A stretch of 64,000 nucleotides of DNA from contig JAVYRX010000002.1 of assembly GCA_038729485.1 (NCBI GenBank), forward strand, positions 124,739-188,738. The letters are read 5' to 3'. The DNA comes from Thermoplasmatales archaeon (GTDB taxonomy: Archaea; Thermoplasmatota; Thermoplasmata; Thermoplasmatales; GCA-001856825). The notes under the pieces were generated by a model. That model was given only the letters and a program-made list of their open reading frames with translations. It was not told where the DNA came from and searched no databases. The position numbers were made by a program, and so were the translations under genes. Positions 47,494 through 56,826 of the stretch are shown here, piece by piece (within the stretch, counting starts at the first letter, position 1; every line of letters begins with the position of its first letter).

Positions 47494-48831
47494 TCAACAA
47501 ATTTTGCTGCCTGTCCTTCCGGTTACGACGAGCTTCAGACCTTTCCACATAACGATGAATCCAGCCTTCTTAAGCGATTCTTCAGGCGGCATTCCCATGA
47601 ATTCAAGATACTCAATCATTGCCTGCCCGTCTGGATATAGAGCGTTCAGATGAGATACAATCTTTTCGCTTAATCCAACGTTGGCCTGATTGGATTTTGT
47701 CTCTTCAATATTAACGCGTTTCTCGTAAGCTCTGTATTTCTGGTCAAGATATTCCTTTACCCGCCACCAGTCAATCTCTTCCTTGAAGCATATGGCACCT
47801 TTGGGACATTTCTCTCCATTCTCCAAAACACAAAAAGTTTCTGCCTTTAGGCCTGAATCGCGAATCATCCGTTCTTTGGAAATATCATTGGCATATTGTC
47901 TCGTGGTAGTAATGAATATGAACACATCACCTCCGAGATTGATTGAGTAGTCGGGCGTTATAGATGTTGAGTTAATTTTAACTGTGTTCGGGTTTGTGTT
48001 GACGAAATCCGGGATCTTCTTCTGCTGTTCAACTCCCAGGTCAATTATACCGGATATTGAATCGTCGAGATGATAATTAAACTCCTTTTTTGTTCTCCTT
48101 TCCTTTAGCGATACCTTCGCGTTTATTTCCCAATCATCATGGGTGAGAACATCTCTTATGAATAGGGAAAGCTTGACTCCGTACCTTTCACTCTTTTCGA
48201 ATATTGATACAGGGCCATCTACTCTTATTTTGTGCCTATTGCCGTCCATGCTTTCGCTGTATAGCAAACCTTTAGACCTAACGCTTCTTATAAATTCGTT
48301 AAAATGCTTCTCCGTCAATACCTCAACCCATAGAGATTTCATCATGACTGTTTCTATCTGTTCCCTGTTAAAGATTTTGGCAAGTATTTCCGGAGACGTG
48401 TTTTTAGGAGAGACTAAGATCTGGTTACTTTCCATATCCCCATAAAGGGCGCTTTCAACCTCTGCAACGTCAGTAACGAGAATGCTGGCAGCCTTTTCTA
48501 GTATTCGCTTCCTCTCGGATGGACTTATCGACGGGTTTAGTGCTAATGAAAAAACTATTTTCCTGACCCTTTCTGCATCCAGGGATGAAGGTTTTCTGAA
48601 TTCGGAATATCTAAACATTATAAGTGCTATTCCTCTCAATATTTTAGGATTCTGAACTTTCAGCTCCATAGTCTTTAGACTTTCTTCTATCTCCCCTCTT
48701 GTTTTCCCTACGTTCCTGTTGAAGAGATCCAAGACAGCTGAACAGTAGTCGCTGTTATCTTCTGTAAGGAATATTGATCTGAGCACTCCTTTATTGCTCT
48801 TCCTAACTGACATCAGCTGAACTGGGAACAC
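47494..48831 (-). CDS. bax1: Bax1-like nuclease (DUF790), XPB partner
   Basis: 445 aa, directly downstream of xpb and overlapping it by 29 nt. The call rests mainly on the conserved archaeal XPB-Bax1 gene pairing and on size. Confidence 0.55.
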   Translation of the reverse strand: MFPVQLMSVRKSNKGVLRSIFLTEDNSDYCSAVLDLFNRNVGKTRGEIEESLKTMELKVQNPKILRGIALIMFRYSEFRKPSSLDAERVRKIVFSLALNPSISPSERKRILEKAASILVTDVAEVESALYGDMESNQILVSPKNTSPEILAKIFNREQIETVMMKSLWVEVLTEKHFNEFIRSVRSKGLLYSESMDGNRHKIRVDGPVSIFEKSERYGVKLSLFIRDVLTHDDWEINAKVSLKERRTKKEFNYHLDDSISGIIDLGVEQQKKIPDFVNTNPNTVKINSTSITPDYSINLGGDVFIFITTTRQYANDISKERMIRDSGLKAETFCVLENGEKCPKGAICFKEEIDWWRVKEYLDQKYRAYEKRVNIEETKSNQANVGLSEKIVSHLNALYPDGQAMIEYLEFMGMPPEESLKKAGFIVMWKGLKLVVTGRTGSKIC

Positions 48832-50140
48832 CCTTTCTCCTCCTCTTGGACGTCATAAACTCGCTTGTCCCGCTCGCTACTATCTCGTATAGAGTTGCCT
48901 TTTTTCCCTCCGATGGCCGAAGAATCCTTCCAAGGCGTTGCCTGAACTGCCTTGTGGATCCAGATCCGCTAAGTATTATGCCAACGGAGGCATCTGGTAC
49001 GTCCACCCCCTCATCTAGAACCCTCGACGTTGCAAGAGCAGTGACATGGCCATCCTTGAACATCCTGAAGTACTCCTTCCTCTCCGGCCCTGGAGTGAGA
49101 TATGTTATGCACGGGATAAGGAATTCTCTTGAAATAAGATACGCTGAATCTGTGTCTTCAGAGAATATTATAGCCTTTTCACCTTTATGTTTTGAGAGAA
49201 CGTATCTGACTGTATCAATCTTTACTCTAGAATTGAATGCTATCAACCTTGCCTTTCTCCATGCTATAAGCGCTTCCCTTCCCTCCGGATTCCACGATGA
49301 TAATATGAAGCGTTCGAAATCCCATGGCCCTCTCATTCTCATCCTATGCTTTCTAAGATACGAGAGGAATATTTTCCTATTTTTCTGGTACTCTTCCTCC
49401 TCGTCTTGTTCAAGCTCAACCGGTATTCTTATTATCTCATAATCTGCAAGGAATTCCGTAAGTTCCTCATAACCCAGTTCGAATACTTTTCCTCCCATGA
49501 ATCTTTCTAGATGTTCGTGCAGCATGTCTGTTCTTTCGTAGGTGGCGGTAAGGCCCAACCTATACGGTGATGCAAACATTCTCGCTATATCCAAGAATCT
49601 CTCTGCTGCCAAATGGTGAACTTCATCGACCAACAGGAATTTAAATCTGTTGCCGAGTTTTTCCGCCATAAGATATGCTGAATCGTAAGTGCTTACCGAT
49701 ATGTCTCTAATATCCTTCTCTCCGCCGCCTATCTGGCCTACTTCTTTGCCGAATGTCTTCTCTAATCGTTCCCTCCACTGCTGTACCAATTCTATGGTAG
49801 GTGCTATGACGAGAGTGGTTGTAGATAGCCTCGACATAGCCTCTATGCCTATGTGCGTCTTTCCAGCTGCAGTTGGGAGAACTACAACTCCGGAGTAATA
49901 GTTAGAAGCCCAGACATCGACAGCTTTTTTCTGGTAAGATCTCAGGGTCTCCTTGTGATTAAGTTCTATATTACCTGTAGAAAACACATAATCTACTGCA
50001 TCCGGGAAATCCGACTTAAGTCTTGCATACTGATAACCTTCCGCTCTGTAGCAGTTTGTTCTGCTGTCATATGTAAGGTAACTAGGGACCTTCTCAGGGT
50101 CTTGGATAATAATCGTTCCCCTACTGTAACTGAGTTTCAT
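48803..50140 (-). CDS. xpb: XPB/Rad25-type SF2 DNA helicase
   Basis: Motif I LPTAAGKT, motif II LLVDEVHH, TATYERTD (RED-like) and motif VI QRLGRILR. Confidence 0.85.
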   Translation of the reverse strand: MKLSYSRGTIIIQDPEKVPSYLTYDSRTNCYRAEGYQYARLKSDFPDAVDYVFSTGNIELNHKETLRSYQKKAVDVWASNYYSGVVVLPTAAGKTHIGIEAMSRLSTTTLVIAPTIELVQQWRERLEKTFGKEVGQIGGGEKDIRDISVSTYDSAYLMAEKLGNRFKFLLVDEVHHLAAERFLDIARMFASPYRLGLTATYERTDMLHEHLERFMGGKVFELGYEELTEFLADYEIIRIPVELEQDEEEEYQKNRKIFLSYLRKHRMRMRGPWDFERFILSSWNPEGREALIAWRKARLIAFNSRVKIDTVRYVLSKHKGEKAIIFSEDTDSAYLISREFLIPCITYLTPGPERKEYFRMFKDGHVTALATSRVLDEGVDVPDASVGIILSGSGSTRQFRQRLGRILRPSEGKKATLYEIVASGTSEFMTSKRRRKGVPSSADVS

Positions 50141-50214
50141 TTGCTCTTAATATCAAGCAACTGTTATTTAACTGTTGTTCTGCAACATAATTCTTCTAGC
50201 CTATACGTTCCCTA

Positions 50215-51360
50215 TTACGACCAGCTCTTAGCTTTTATTAGATAGAAGGTGTGATAGCCTGTAATGGCCTTGTAATAGCCTTCAAGTTTCTTGTCTGTTT
50301 CGGGTGAGCCTGTATCTACGAGGAGGTACTTTGTCGAGAGGGTCATAATTTTATGGTAGGTAGCAACTACTATTATCCCTTCTTTTCCAATTTTCTCTAT
50401 GATTCTAGGACTTATTTGCTGATTTCCCCTGCCCAGAAGAAATCCCTGGCCGCCGAGAGGAGTGATTATAAGGTGAAGCTTTCCGCTTCCTACCCCTGAT
50501 ATGCTATTCTTTATTAATTCCTCGTTCATGTCAGTCCCTACGAGCTCTATTCCACCATCCTCTTTAACGAATATGATATCGACTCCAAGAAGATTGCTTT
50601 CTATCGCAAGCTGCTTCAATACTTCTTTTGCTGTCGTTCCTGGACCCACTATGTAATAGTGACCCTTTTGAAGGTCCTCTATAACCTGATTCGCTATGGC
50701 CTCCTGCTGAACTTTTTCGCTATCCCCTTCCGTTGGCGTCTTAGAACCTTGGATATGCGAACTTTCGTAGGGTATCTTCAGGTAACAGTAAAGTTTTGCA
50801 GATAGAGAACCTTTCCTGAATAGTTCTTCATCCACGTCTAGAACCTCTGCCCGGATTGTCTCTAACTTCTCATTCGAAAGGTACATAAGAGCTAGATCGC
50901 CCGCCGCTTCGGGCGTCACGGCAAAACATGAAGAATACATCTTTACGCCAGCAGGAACGCCAAGAGCGACAATTTTGTCCCCGACCGATTCGCAGATGTT
51001 CCTCGCAGTACCGTCGCCACCGACAAAGATTAGAAGGTCAGCCCCCTTTCTCAAAATCTCCCTAGAACAATAAATACTATCAGAACCTGTTGTAATTTCT
51101 GAAACTTTGCATACAATTTCATAATTAAACCCGGCATTCCTAACCGTCTCTTCACCCATTTTCCCGGGGCAGGTCAATACCTCCAGCGGTTCGTTTACCT
51201 TTTTCAATCTAGTTAATGCTCTATACCCTTTTTCTGGTGCAGTCATAATGGCACCCATTTTCATTGCTTCTACGACCATCTGTGGACTGTCTGTTCCCTT
51301 TAAACCAACCCTTCCCCCCATACCTGCAATTGGGTTCACTATAAAACCAACCCTCTTCAT
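50215..51360 (-). CDS. ATP-NAD kinase-like protein (COG3199 family)
   Basis: 381 aa with N-terminal VGFIVNPIAGMGG and the GGDGT motif (FVGGDGTARN). Confidence 0.6.
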   Translation of the reverse strand: MKRVGFIVNPIAGMGGRVGLKGTDSPQMVVEAMKMGAIMTAPEKGYRALTRLKKVNEPLEVLTCPGKMGEETVRNAGFNYEIVCKVSEITTGSDSIYCSREILRKGADLLIFVGGDGTARNICESVGDKIVALGVPAGVKMYSSCFAVTPEAAGDLALMYLSNEKLETIRAEVLDVDEELFRKGSLSAKLYCYLKIPYESSHIQGSKTPTEGDSEKVQQEAIANQVIEDLQKGHYYIVGPGTTAKEVLKQLAIESNLLGVDIIFVKEDGGIELVGTDMNEELIKNSISGVGSGKLHLIITPLGGQGFLLGRGNQQISPRIIEKIGKEGIIVVATYHKIMTLSTKYLLVDTGSPETDKKLEGYYKAITGYHTFYLIKAKSWS

Positions 51361-51491
51361 CCAAATTCCTTCTTTTCATCGATTATCACGATATGATATT
51401 ATAGATTCCGATCTCTATCTCAAGAAATATCGATGAAACACTAGAAATACTTCAATAGAAAATGATTAATAACAATTGTAAATACTGTAGA

Positions 51492-51614
51492 GGTAGACGG
51501 CCATAGCGACGGGGAAACACCCGGTCTCATTCCGAACCCGAAGGTTAAGCCCGTCCGCGTTCCGCACGCGTACTGTGTTCCGCGAGGGCACGGGAAATGC
51601 GGTTCGCTGTCTCC
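51492..51614 (+). rRNA. rrn5: 5S ribosomal RNA (stand-alone gene)
   Basis: GGTAGACGGCCATAGCGACGGGGAAACACCCGGTCTCATTCCGAACCCGAAGGTTAAGCC...GCGAGGGCACGGGAAATGCGGTTCGCTGTCTCC. Helix I closes between the two ends, and the loop A/C/E sequences match archaeal 5S. Confidence 0.85.
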
Positions 51615-51652
51615 ACTTATGTTCTTATATACAGAAAGCGCATCTTGATAAG

Positions 51653-52270
51653 ATGCGAGCCTCCGTTATAGCATTTGACGTTGACGGTGTTCTTCTCAAA
51701 CAGAGGAGCAGCTGGAGCACAATTCACGATTACTTTGGGGTAAACAATGAAGAGTCCCTCAGTGCTTTTCTTCAGGGTAAAATAAGCTATCAAGAATTTG
51801 TTGACAGGGACGTAAACCTATGGCTAAAGAAAAGGGGAATCATAAAGAAAGATGAGATAGAAAATATAGCGAATCGGGTAGAACCGAATCCAAATTACCA
51901 AGAACTTTCAGCATTGCTAGCTGAATTCAAGGGGAAGAAAATCGCAGTTTCTGGTGGCGTAGATGCCATAGTATCGAGGGTTAACTCCTTTTTTCCGTTA
52001 GACAAGATCTACTCCAATGAGCTGGTATTCGAAAATGGTGAGCTCGTTGGCGGAAGAGCAGTCGTAAACCCTCAGGATAAGGGAAGAATACTTGAACGCT
52101 TCGACGGATTCAAGGTTTCTGTTGGGGATTCCGAATGGGATGTAAACATGTTCAAAAGATCAAATTATTCGATTCTCTTCAATTCTGAGCGCGAGGTTGC
52201 CAGTGCCGATCTTGTCATAAAGAGTAACGATTTGGGTCAGCTTGCAAGAGTTCTAAGAGAGATTATATGA
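51653..52270 (+). CDS. HAD-superfamily hydrolase (phosphoserine phosphatase-like)
   Basis: Motif I FDVDGVLL and a C-terminal VGDSEWD. The start was moved to ATG 51653 because the longer ORF overlaps the 5S rRNA. Confidence 0.65.
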   Translation: MRASVIAFDVDGVLLKQRSSWSTIHDYFGVNNEESLSAFLQGKISYQEFVDRDVNLWLKKRGIIKKDEIENIANRVEPNPNYQELSALLAEFKGKKIAVSGGVDAIVSRVNSFFPLDKIYSNELVFENGELVGGRAVVNPQDKGRILERFDGFKVSVGDSEWDVNMFKRSNYSILFNSEREVASADLVIKSNDLGQLARVLREII

Positions 52271-52935
52271 GCGGCAAGCTCTCCACTGGCTCTAGATCGC
52301 TGGATAGCTTTTTGCAGGGTGGATTTGAGAGCGGAATAATTTCCGAAATATTCGGTGAACCCGGAAGCGGAAAGACAAACCTAGTTCTTAGTTCCTCCTT
52401 AACCAACTCGGCCAAGGGGAAGATCATATATCTTGATACGGAAGGTGTTTCTGCAGAAAGATTGGCTCAAATGGCAAGGCATGGTTCAGTTCCGTCTAAC
52501 GTTAAATTTTTCAGAATAAGGAATTATGAAGAACAGCTTGAGTCTGTTCCTGCAATATTAAATCTTGTCCTTTCCATGAGCGACGTTGTAATGGTCGTGG
52601 TAGATACTATAACAGCACATTACAGGGTGGAACGCGACATTAGGAGCGAGTTACGCAGGAGAACTTCCAATACATTGCTTACACAGGTGGAGATGCTTTC
52701 CAACGTAGCTTCCACGCTTGAAATACCCGTCCTCATGGTAAATCAAGTGTATTCCGAAAAGGATACGAGTGAGGTTAAACCGGTTGGGGGAAGCGCTCTG
52801 ACTCACATGGCAAAGGCAATTTTCAAGGTGGAGAAGGTAGGAGGGGGGTTCAGAGAGCTAGTAGTGGTGAAGCACAGAAGCCTCCCTGAGGGAATCAGGT
52901 GCAGGTTCAGGATCACAGAATATGGAATTGAATAG
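52267..52935 (+). CDS. radB: DNA repair and recombination protein RadB
   Basis: 222 aa RecA-fold protein without an N-terminal HhH domain. Walker A is GEPGSGKTN and Walker B is MVVVDT. Confidence 0.8.
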   Translation: MSGKLSTGSRSLDSFLQGGFESGIISEIFGEPGSGKTNLVLSSSLTNSAKGKIIYLDTEGVSAERLAQMARHGSVPSNVKFFRIRNYEEQLESVPAILNLVLSMSDVVMVVVDTITAHYRVERDIRSELRRRTSNTLLTQVEMLSNVASTLEIPVLMVNQVYSEKDTSEVKPVGGSALTHMAKAIFKVEKVGGGFRELVVVKHRSLPEGIRCRFRITEYGIE

Positions 52936-52966
52936 ATTATATACTTAATAAACCTAATTGCATTGA

Positions 52967-53977
52967 ATGGGCGTAGACATTTCCTCTTTGGTCGAAAGCA
53001 AGGAAATAGATTTAAAAAGCCTCAAAGGGAGGGTTGTCGCTGTAGATGCCTTCAATGTCATATATCAGTTCCTAAGCAACATTAGGGAATATGATGGCTC
53101 CCCACTTAGGGATAGGAAGGGGAATATTACCTCACACCTTTCGGGCATCTTTTACAGAAACATAAACCTCCTGGAAAGCGGCATCATCCCCGCCTATGTT
53201 TTCGACGGGAAACCTCCTCCTCTTAAGGACAAGACTATAAAGGAAAGAATCGCACTGAGAGAAAAAGCGGAAGAGGAATATAAACTCTCCATGGCAATGG
53301 GGGATTACGAAAAGGCGAGAAGTTACGCGTCGAGAACTTCTAGGTTGACCCAGGAAATGATTACGGAATCGAAAAAACTGCTAACGGCTATGGGCATAAC
53401 CGTAATAGATGCACCGTCAGAGGGCGAGGCGGAAGCATCCTATCTGTGCAGGATTGGAATAGCATACTCTGCAGTCTCCCAGGATTACGATTCCCTCCTT
53501 TTCGGTTCCCCGAGGCTCATCAGGAACCTTACAATAACAGGAAAGAGAAGATACGGCAAAACCGGGCGAGTTGTAGACATCAAACCTGGGATTATAGAAA
53601 CGGACGAAGTTTTGAGAAAACTTGGGATTACCAGGGAGCAGCTAATCGACATAGGCATATTAGTTGGTACGGACTTCAATGACGGGATCAAGGGGATAGG
53701 CCCAAAAAAAGCGTATCAGCTGGTCAAGAAATACGGTTCGATTGAAAAAATACCTTCGATAAGTATTGAAAACTATGAAGAGATAAAAGAAATATTCCTT
53801 AATCCTGAGGTTCGGGATACTGAGCAGATTAGCAGCCTTGAATTGAACGAGCAGAACATTGTGGACATTCTGGTGAATACCCATGATTTTTCGAGGGAAA
53901 GGGTTGAATCAGCCCTCGCTAGGATTAAGGAGGCGAGAAAACAGGGGGTGCAGAGGAGCATTGACTCCTTTTTCTAG
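52967..53977 (+). CDS. fen: Flap endonuclease 1
   Basis: 336 aa with the N domain (VAVDAFNVIYQF), the I domain (APSEGEAEASYL, SQDYDSLLFG) and H3TH GTDFN..GIKGIGPKKA. Confidence 0.9.
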   Translation: MGVDISSLVESKEIDLKSLKGRVVAVDAFNVIYQFLSNIREYDGSPLRDRKGNITSHLSGIFYRNINLLESGIIPAYVFDGKPPPLKDKTIKERIALREKAEEEYKLSMAMGDYEKARSYASRTSRLTQEMITESKKLLTAMGITVIDAPSEGEAEASYLCRIGIAYSAVSQDYDSLLFGSPRLIRNLTITGKRRYGKTGRVVDIKPGIIETDEVLRKLGITREQLIDIGILVGTDFNDGIKGIGPKKAYQLVKKYGSIEKIPSISIENYEEIKEIFLNPEVRDTEQISSLELNEQNIVDILVNTHDFSRERVESALARIKEARKQGVQRSIDSFF

Positions 53978-54545
53978 GATATACCTTGCCGTTGAAGGAA
54001 TTGACGGAACTGGAAAGACATACGTTGCAAAGCACATTTCGGAGAAATTTAACTTCATCATGGCTAGGGAGCCTTCAAATACAGAGATAGGGGCAGTTAT
54101 AAATTCCGGACAATGGGATCCTATTACTGACTTCTTCCTCTTCATGGCAGACAGAAGCAACACGCTGAGGGGGCTTCCCAAGGATGGAAACATTGTTTCT
54201 GACAGGTCACTATATTCCAGTTTCGCATATCAGGGTTACGATCTTTGGAAGAAATTTGGAACCTTTGAACGCTATTTTTCCTTCTTCAACGATGTTTCGA
54301 AACTGCTTCCGGCCCTTCCAACGCATGTCTTTGTTCTTTTCTGCAACGTAAATACCGCCTTAGAGAGAATAAAGGGGAGAGGGAAGTTGTCAAGGTTCGA
54401 AAGATTGGAATATTTGGAAGGTGTCCAGAAACTTTATCTTGAACTGGGAAACGTAGCTGAAAACGTAACTTACGTCGATTCCAACGTCACTCTCGAGAAG
54501 CTTTACGAATCCGTCGATAAAGAAGTTATAAAGTTGTTACGATAG
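53961..54545 (+). CDS. tmk: Thymidylate kinase
   Basis: P-loop VEGIDGTGKT. I propose a TTG start at 53961, because the longer ORF from 53883 would overlap fen by about 95 nt. Confidence 0.75.
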   Translation: MTPFSRIYLAVEGIDGTGKTYVAKHISEKFNFIMAREPSNTEIGAVINSGQWDPITDFFLFMADRSNTLRGLPKDGNIVSDRSLYSSFAYQGYDLWKKFGTFERYFSFFNDVSKLLPALPTHVFVLFCNVNTALERIKGRGKLSRFERLEYLEGVQKLYLELGNVAENVTYVDSNVTLEKLYESVDKEVIKLLR

Positions 54546-55389
54546 GCCCGTCTTCTCTCAGATAAATCGTGTGCTCAGTCTGGGAGACCATATCACCTCT
54601 GTCTTCCTTGAGTACAGGGTAAAAATAGAAGTATTTCTTTCTTTGAGCCTCCTTGATTATGTTATCGTAATCGCTGTACAGTCTGGCCACATCGCGCACG
54701 GAAAATGGAAGCCCTCTAGATTCCTTCTTTATAGCCTTAGACCACTCCTCCGTTTCATCTTTTATACAGAGCATTATGTTACCAAACTCCAACCCTTTTA
54801 CCCTGCCGCGCCCAGTGGTTGCAAATGGTTCAATTGCAAATGCCATACCGGGATAGAGACGCACCCTCGAACCATCATCATAATTTGGAAAGGAAGTTCC
54901 TGCATGCAAAACATATTTTTCCAAGGTATGGCCAGTCAGGTTATAAACTGGATTGAAACCATATCTTTTGATCGTTGTCTCTATTTCCCTTCCTATCTCG
55001 GACGTAAAGGAGCCCACTCTTACTTTTTTTATCGCATTCTGCAAAGCCTCTTCTGACGCCCTTATAAGTTGGGACCATTTGCTCGTGGACACTTCCTTCG
55101 TCACTGCAGTATCTGCAAGGCACCCATTCACCTCTGCCCCTAAGTCCAGTTTCACGAGATCGCCTGCATTGAATCTCGTTTCTGTTTCTGGGGATGGAGT
55201 GAAATGGGCGGCCTCGTTATTCACCGACAAGTTGACGGGGAATCCGATGTTTGCACCGTTGCTTCTTATGTAATCTTCTAAATAATTGGCTACCCCTTTT
55301 AGCTCGACTCCCTCCTCTATCATTTTGTATCCTTCGTTTCTTGCCATCGACGCTATCTTTCCCGCCTGAATATAATCGTCAATTTCCAT
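54526..55389 (-). CDS. map: Methionine aminopeptidase, type 2 (archaeal)
   Basis: 287 aa with a pita-bread fold pattern (DLVKLDLGAEVNG, NLTGHTL, FAIEPF). Confidence 0.85.
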   Translation of the reverse strand: MEIDDYIQAGKIASMARNEGYKMIEEGVELKGVANYLEDYIRSNGANIGFPVNLSVNNEAAHFTPSPETETRFNAGDLVKLDLGAEVNGCLADTAVTKEVSTSKWSQLIRASEEALQNAIKKVRVGSFTSEIGREIETTIKRYGFNPVYNLTGHTLEKYVLHAGTSFPNYDDGSRVRLYPGMAFAIEPFATTGRGRVKGLEFGNIMLCIKDETEEWSKAIKKESRGLPFSVRDVARLYSDYDNIIKEAQRKKYFYFYPVLKEDRGDMVSQTEHTIYLREDGPIVTTL

Positions 55390-55972
55390 ACTCCAGCTCC
55401 CTTATCTGCTTCAGCGTTATCTGCCCTTCCCTCAGTAATTTCTTGGAAGTGTAATCGTATATTGTCGAAGGAATACCGCCGATGTTCTCTGCCTTCACAT
55501 ACAGTCCCACGCTATCTCTGAATTGCTTCAGTATCTCCTCCATATCGGATGATGCTTTGTATCCTCTTATGTTCGCCCCAACAAGCGTTATGGGGCCTGC
55601 TCTCCTTATGACCTCTCTTACAAAGGGTCTGTCGGGGATCCTGGCGGCAATTTTACCGTTTACAACCCAATGCCCCTTTATTTTGGCCTCAAGCACAAGA
55701 GTAAGTGGACCGGGCATGAGGTTCCTGACTATGTTCTTTGCACCTTCGTCCATATTGCAGTACTTCTCCATCTCTCTAAGTCCATAAAAACCGATAGGAC
55801 TTGCACTTTCCATTGGCTTGTTCTTCAGCTTGTATACCTTATCAAATTGCTCTTTGCTTCTTATTGGAGCGGATAGGGCATAAAGGGTGTCCGTTGGCAA
55901 AACTACGGGCCCTTCGTTCATTGCATCCAGTACTTCCTGTACATTCTTGAGGTTTTCAATTATCACCTTCAT
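55379..55972 (-). CDS. tsaC: L-threonylcarbamoyladenylate synthase (YrdC/TsaC-type, single domain)
   Basis: 197 aa with VVLPTDTLYALSA and PGPLTLVL motifs. Confidence 0.8.
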   Translation of the reverse strand: MKVIIENLKNVQEVLDAMNEGPVVLPTDTLYALSAPIRSKEQFDKVYKLKNKPMESASPIGFYGLREMEKYCNMDEGAKNIVRNLMPGPLTLVLEAKIKGHWVVNGKIAARIPDRPFVREVIRRAGPITLVGANIRGYKASSDMEEILKQFRDSVGLYVKAENIGGIPSTIYDYTSKKLLREGQITLKQIRELEYGN

Positions 55973-56107
55973 AGGCTCCGCAGCTCCGGAAAAAGAGTGC
56001 CAATAGTAGGATAATGAGCAACCCCTGCACAGAGACGCTCACGAATATTGGGAAAGGAAACATTCATTGTGGTGTCAATTGGATGCGACTATATATGCAT
56101 TATTCCC

Positions 56108-56722
56108 TCATCTGATGTTGAAGAACAGCAAGGCTCCGGTCAATATGTACTGTATAGCGAAACCTGCTACTAATATACCGAACACTCTTGTAAGGGCACG
56201 AGCACCTTTCTCTTTTATTACGTCGTAAATGAAGAAACTGGACAAAAAGAGGAAGAATGTCACCAGAGACACTATAACAATTCCAGATACGACAAGCACC
56301 GGGTTGTAATCATGCATGAGTATTATGACCAGGGATATTGCACCGGGCCCGGCCAGAAGGGGCGTTCCCAGTGGTACAATCCCAAGGTCTCTTGGGCCTA
56401 TACCATCGTTGTTCCCTCTGCTTCTCCCTGCAGGCTTATCTCCTTCAGTAACCATTTCAACGCTAGTTAGCAGAATTAATATGCCACCTGCTATCTCAAG
56501 GGCAGCTATTGAGATGCCAAAATAGAGGAGTATGTAATAACCTGCGAAAGCGAAGAACAGGAGTATCAGGAAGCTAGACAAAGTGGCGTCGTTTATGAGC
56601 GTTTTGCGTGCTCTCTCATTCTCATCCTTCGCAAACGAAATGAACATTATCATTGCTGCAAAGGGATCTACGACGACAAATAGCTCGATGGTTATGTGAA
56701 GCAGTTGGTCCAGGTAGTTCAT
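56108..56722 (-). CDS. marC: MarC-family (UPF0056) integral membrane protein
   Basis: 204 aa with six hydrophobic segments and the N-terminal FVVVDPF pattern. Confidence 0.7.
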   Translation of the reverse strand: MNYLDQLLHITIELFVVVDPFAAMIMFISFAKDENERARKTLINDATLSSFLILLFFAFAGYYILLYFGISIAALEIAGGILILLTSVEMVTEGDKPAGRSRGNNDGIGPRDLGIVPLGTPLLAGPGAISLVIILMHDYNPVLVVSGIVIVSLVTFFLFLSSFFIYDVIKEKGARALTRVFGILVAGFAIQYILTGALLFFNIR

Positions 56723-56826
56723 TAGGAAGGTATATTAATCATTATTATAAATAATTCTGTTAAAATTATATCCTGTTTTCCTTTTCTAAAAACAAAGCTA
56801 AGAAAAGTAGATAAAAGAGATCAAGC

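Noticed and set aside
51575-51652. N-terminal extension of the HAD hydrolase ORF
   Set aside because: It overlaps the 3' part of the 5S rRNA. The HAD motif I (DVDGV) follows an internal ATG at 51653 immediately, so the short form is far more plausible.
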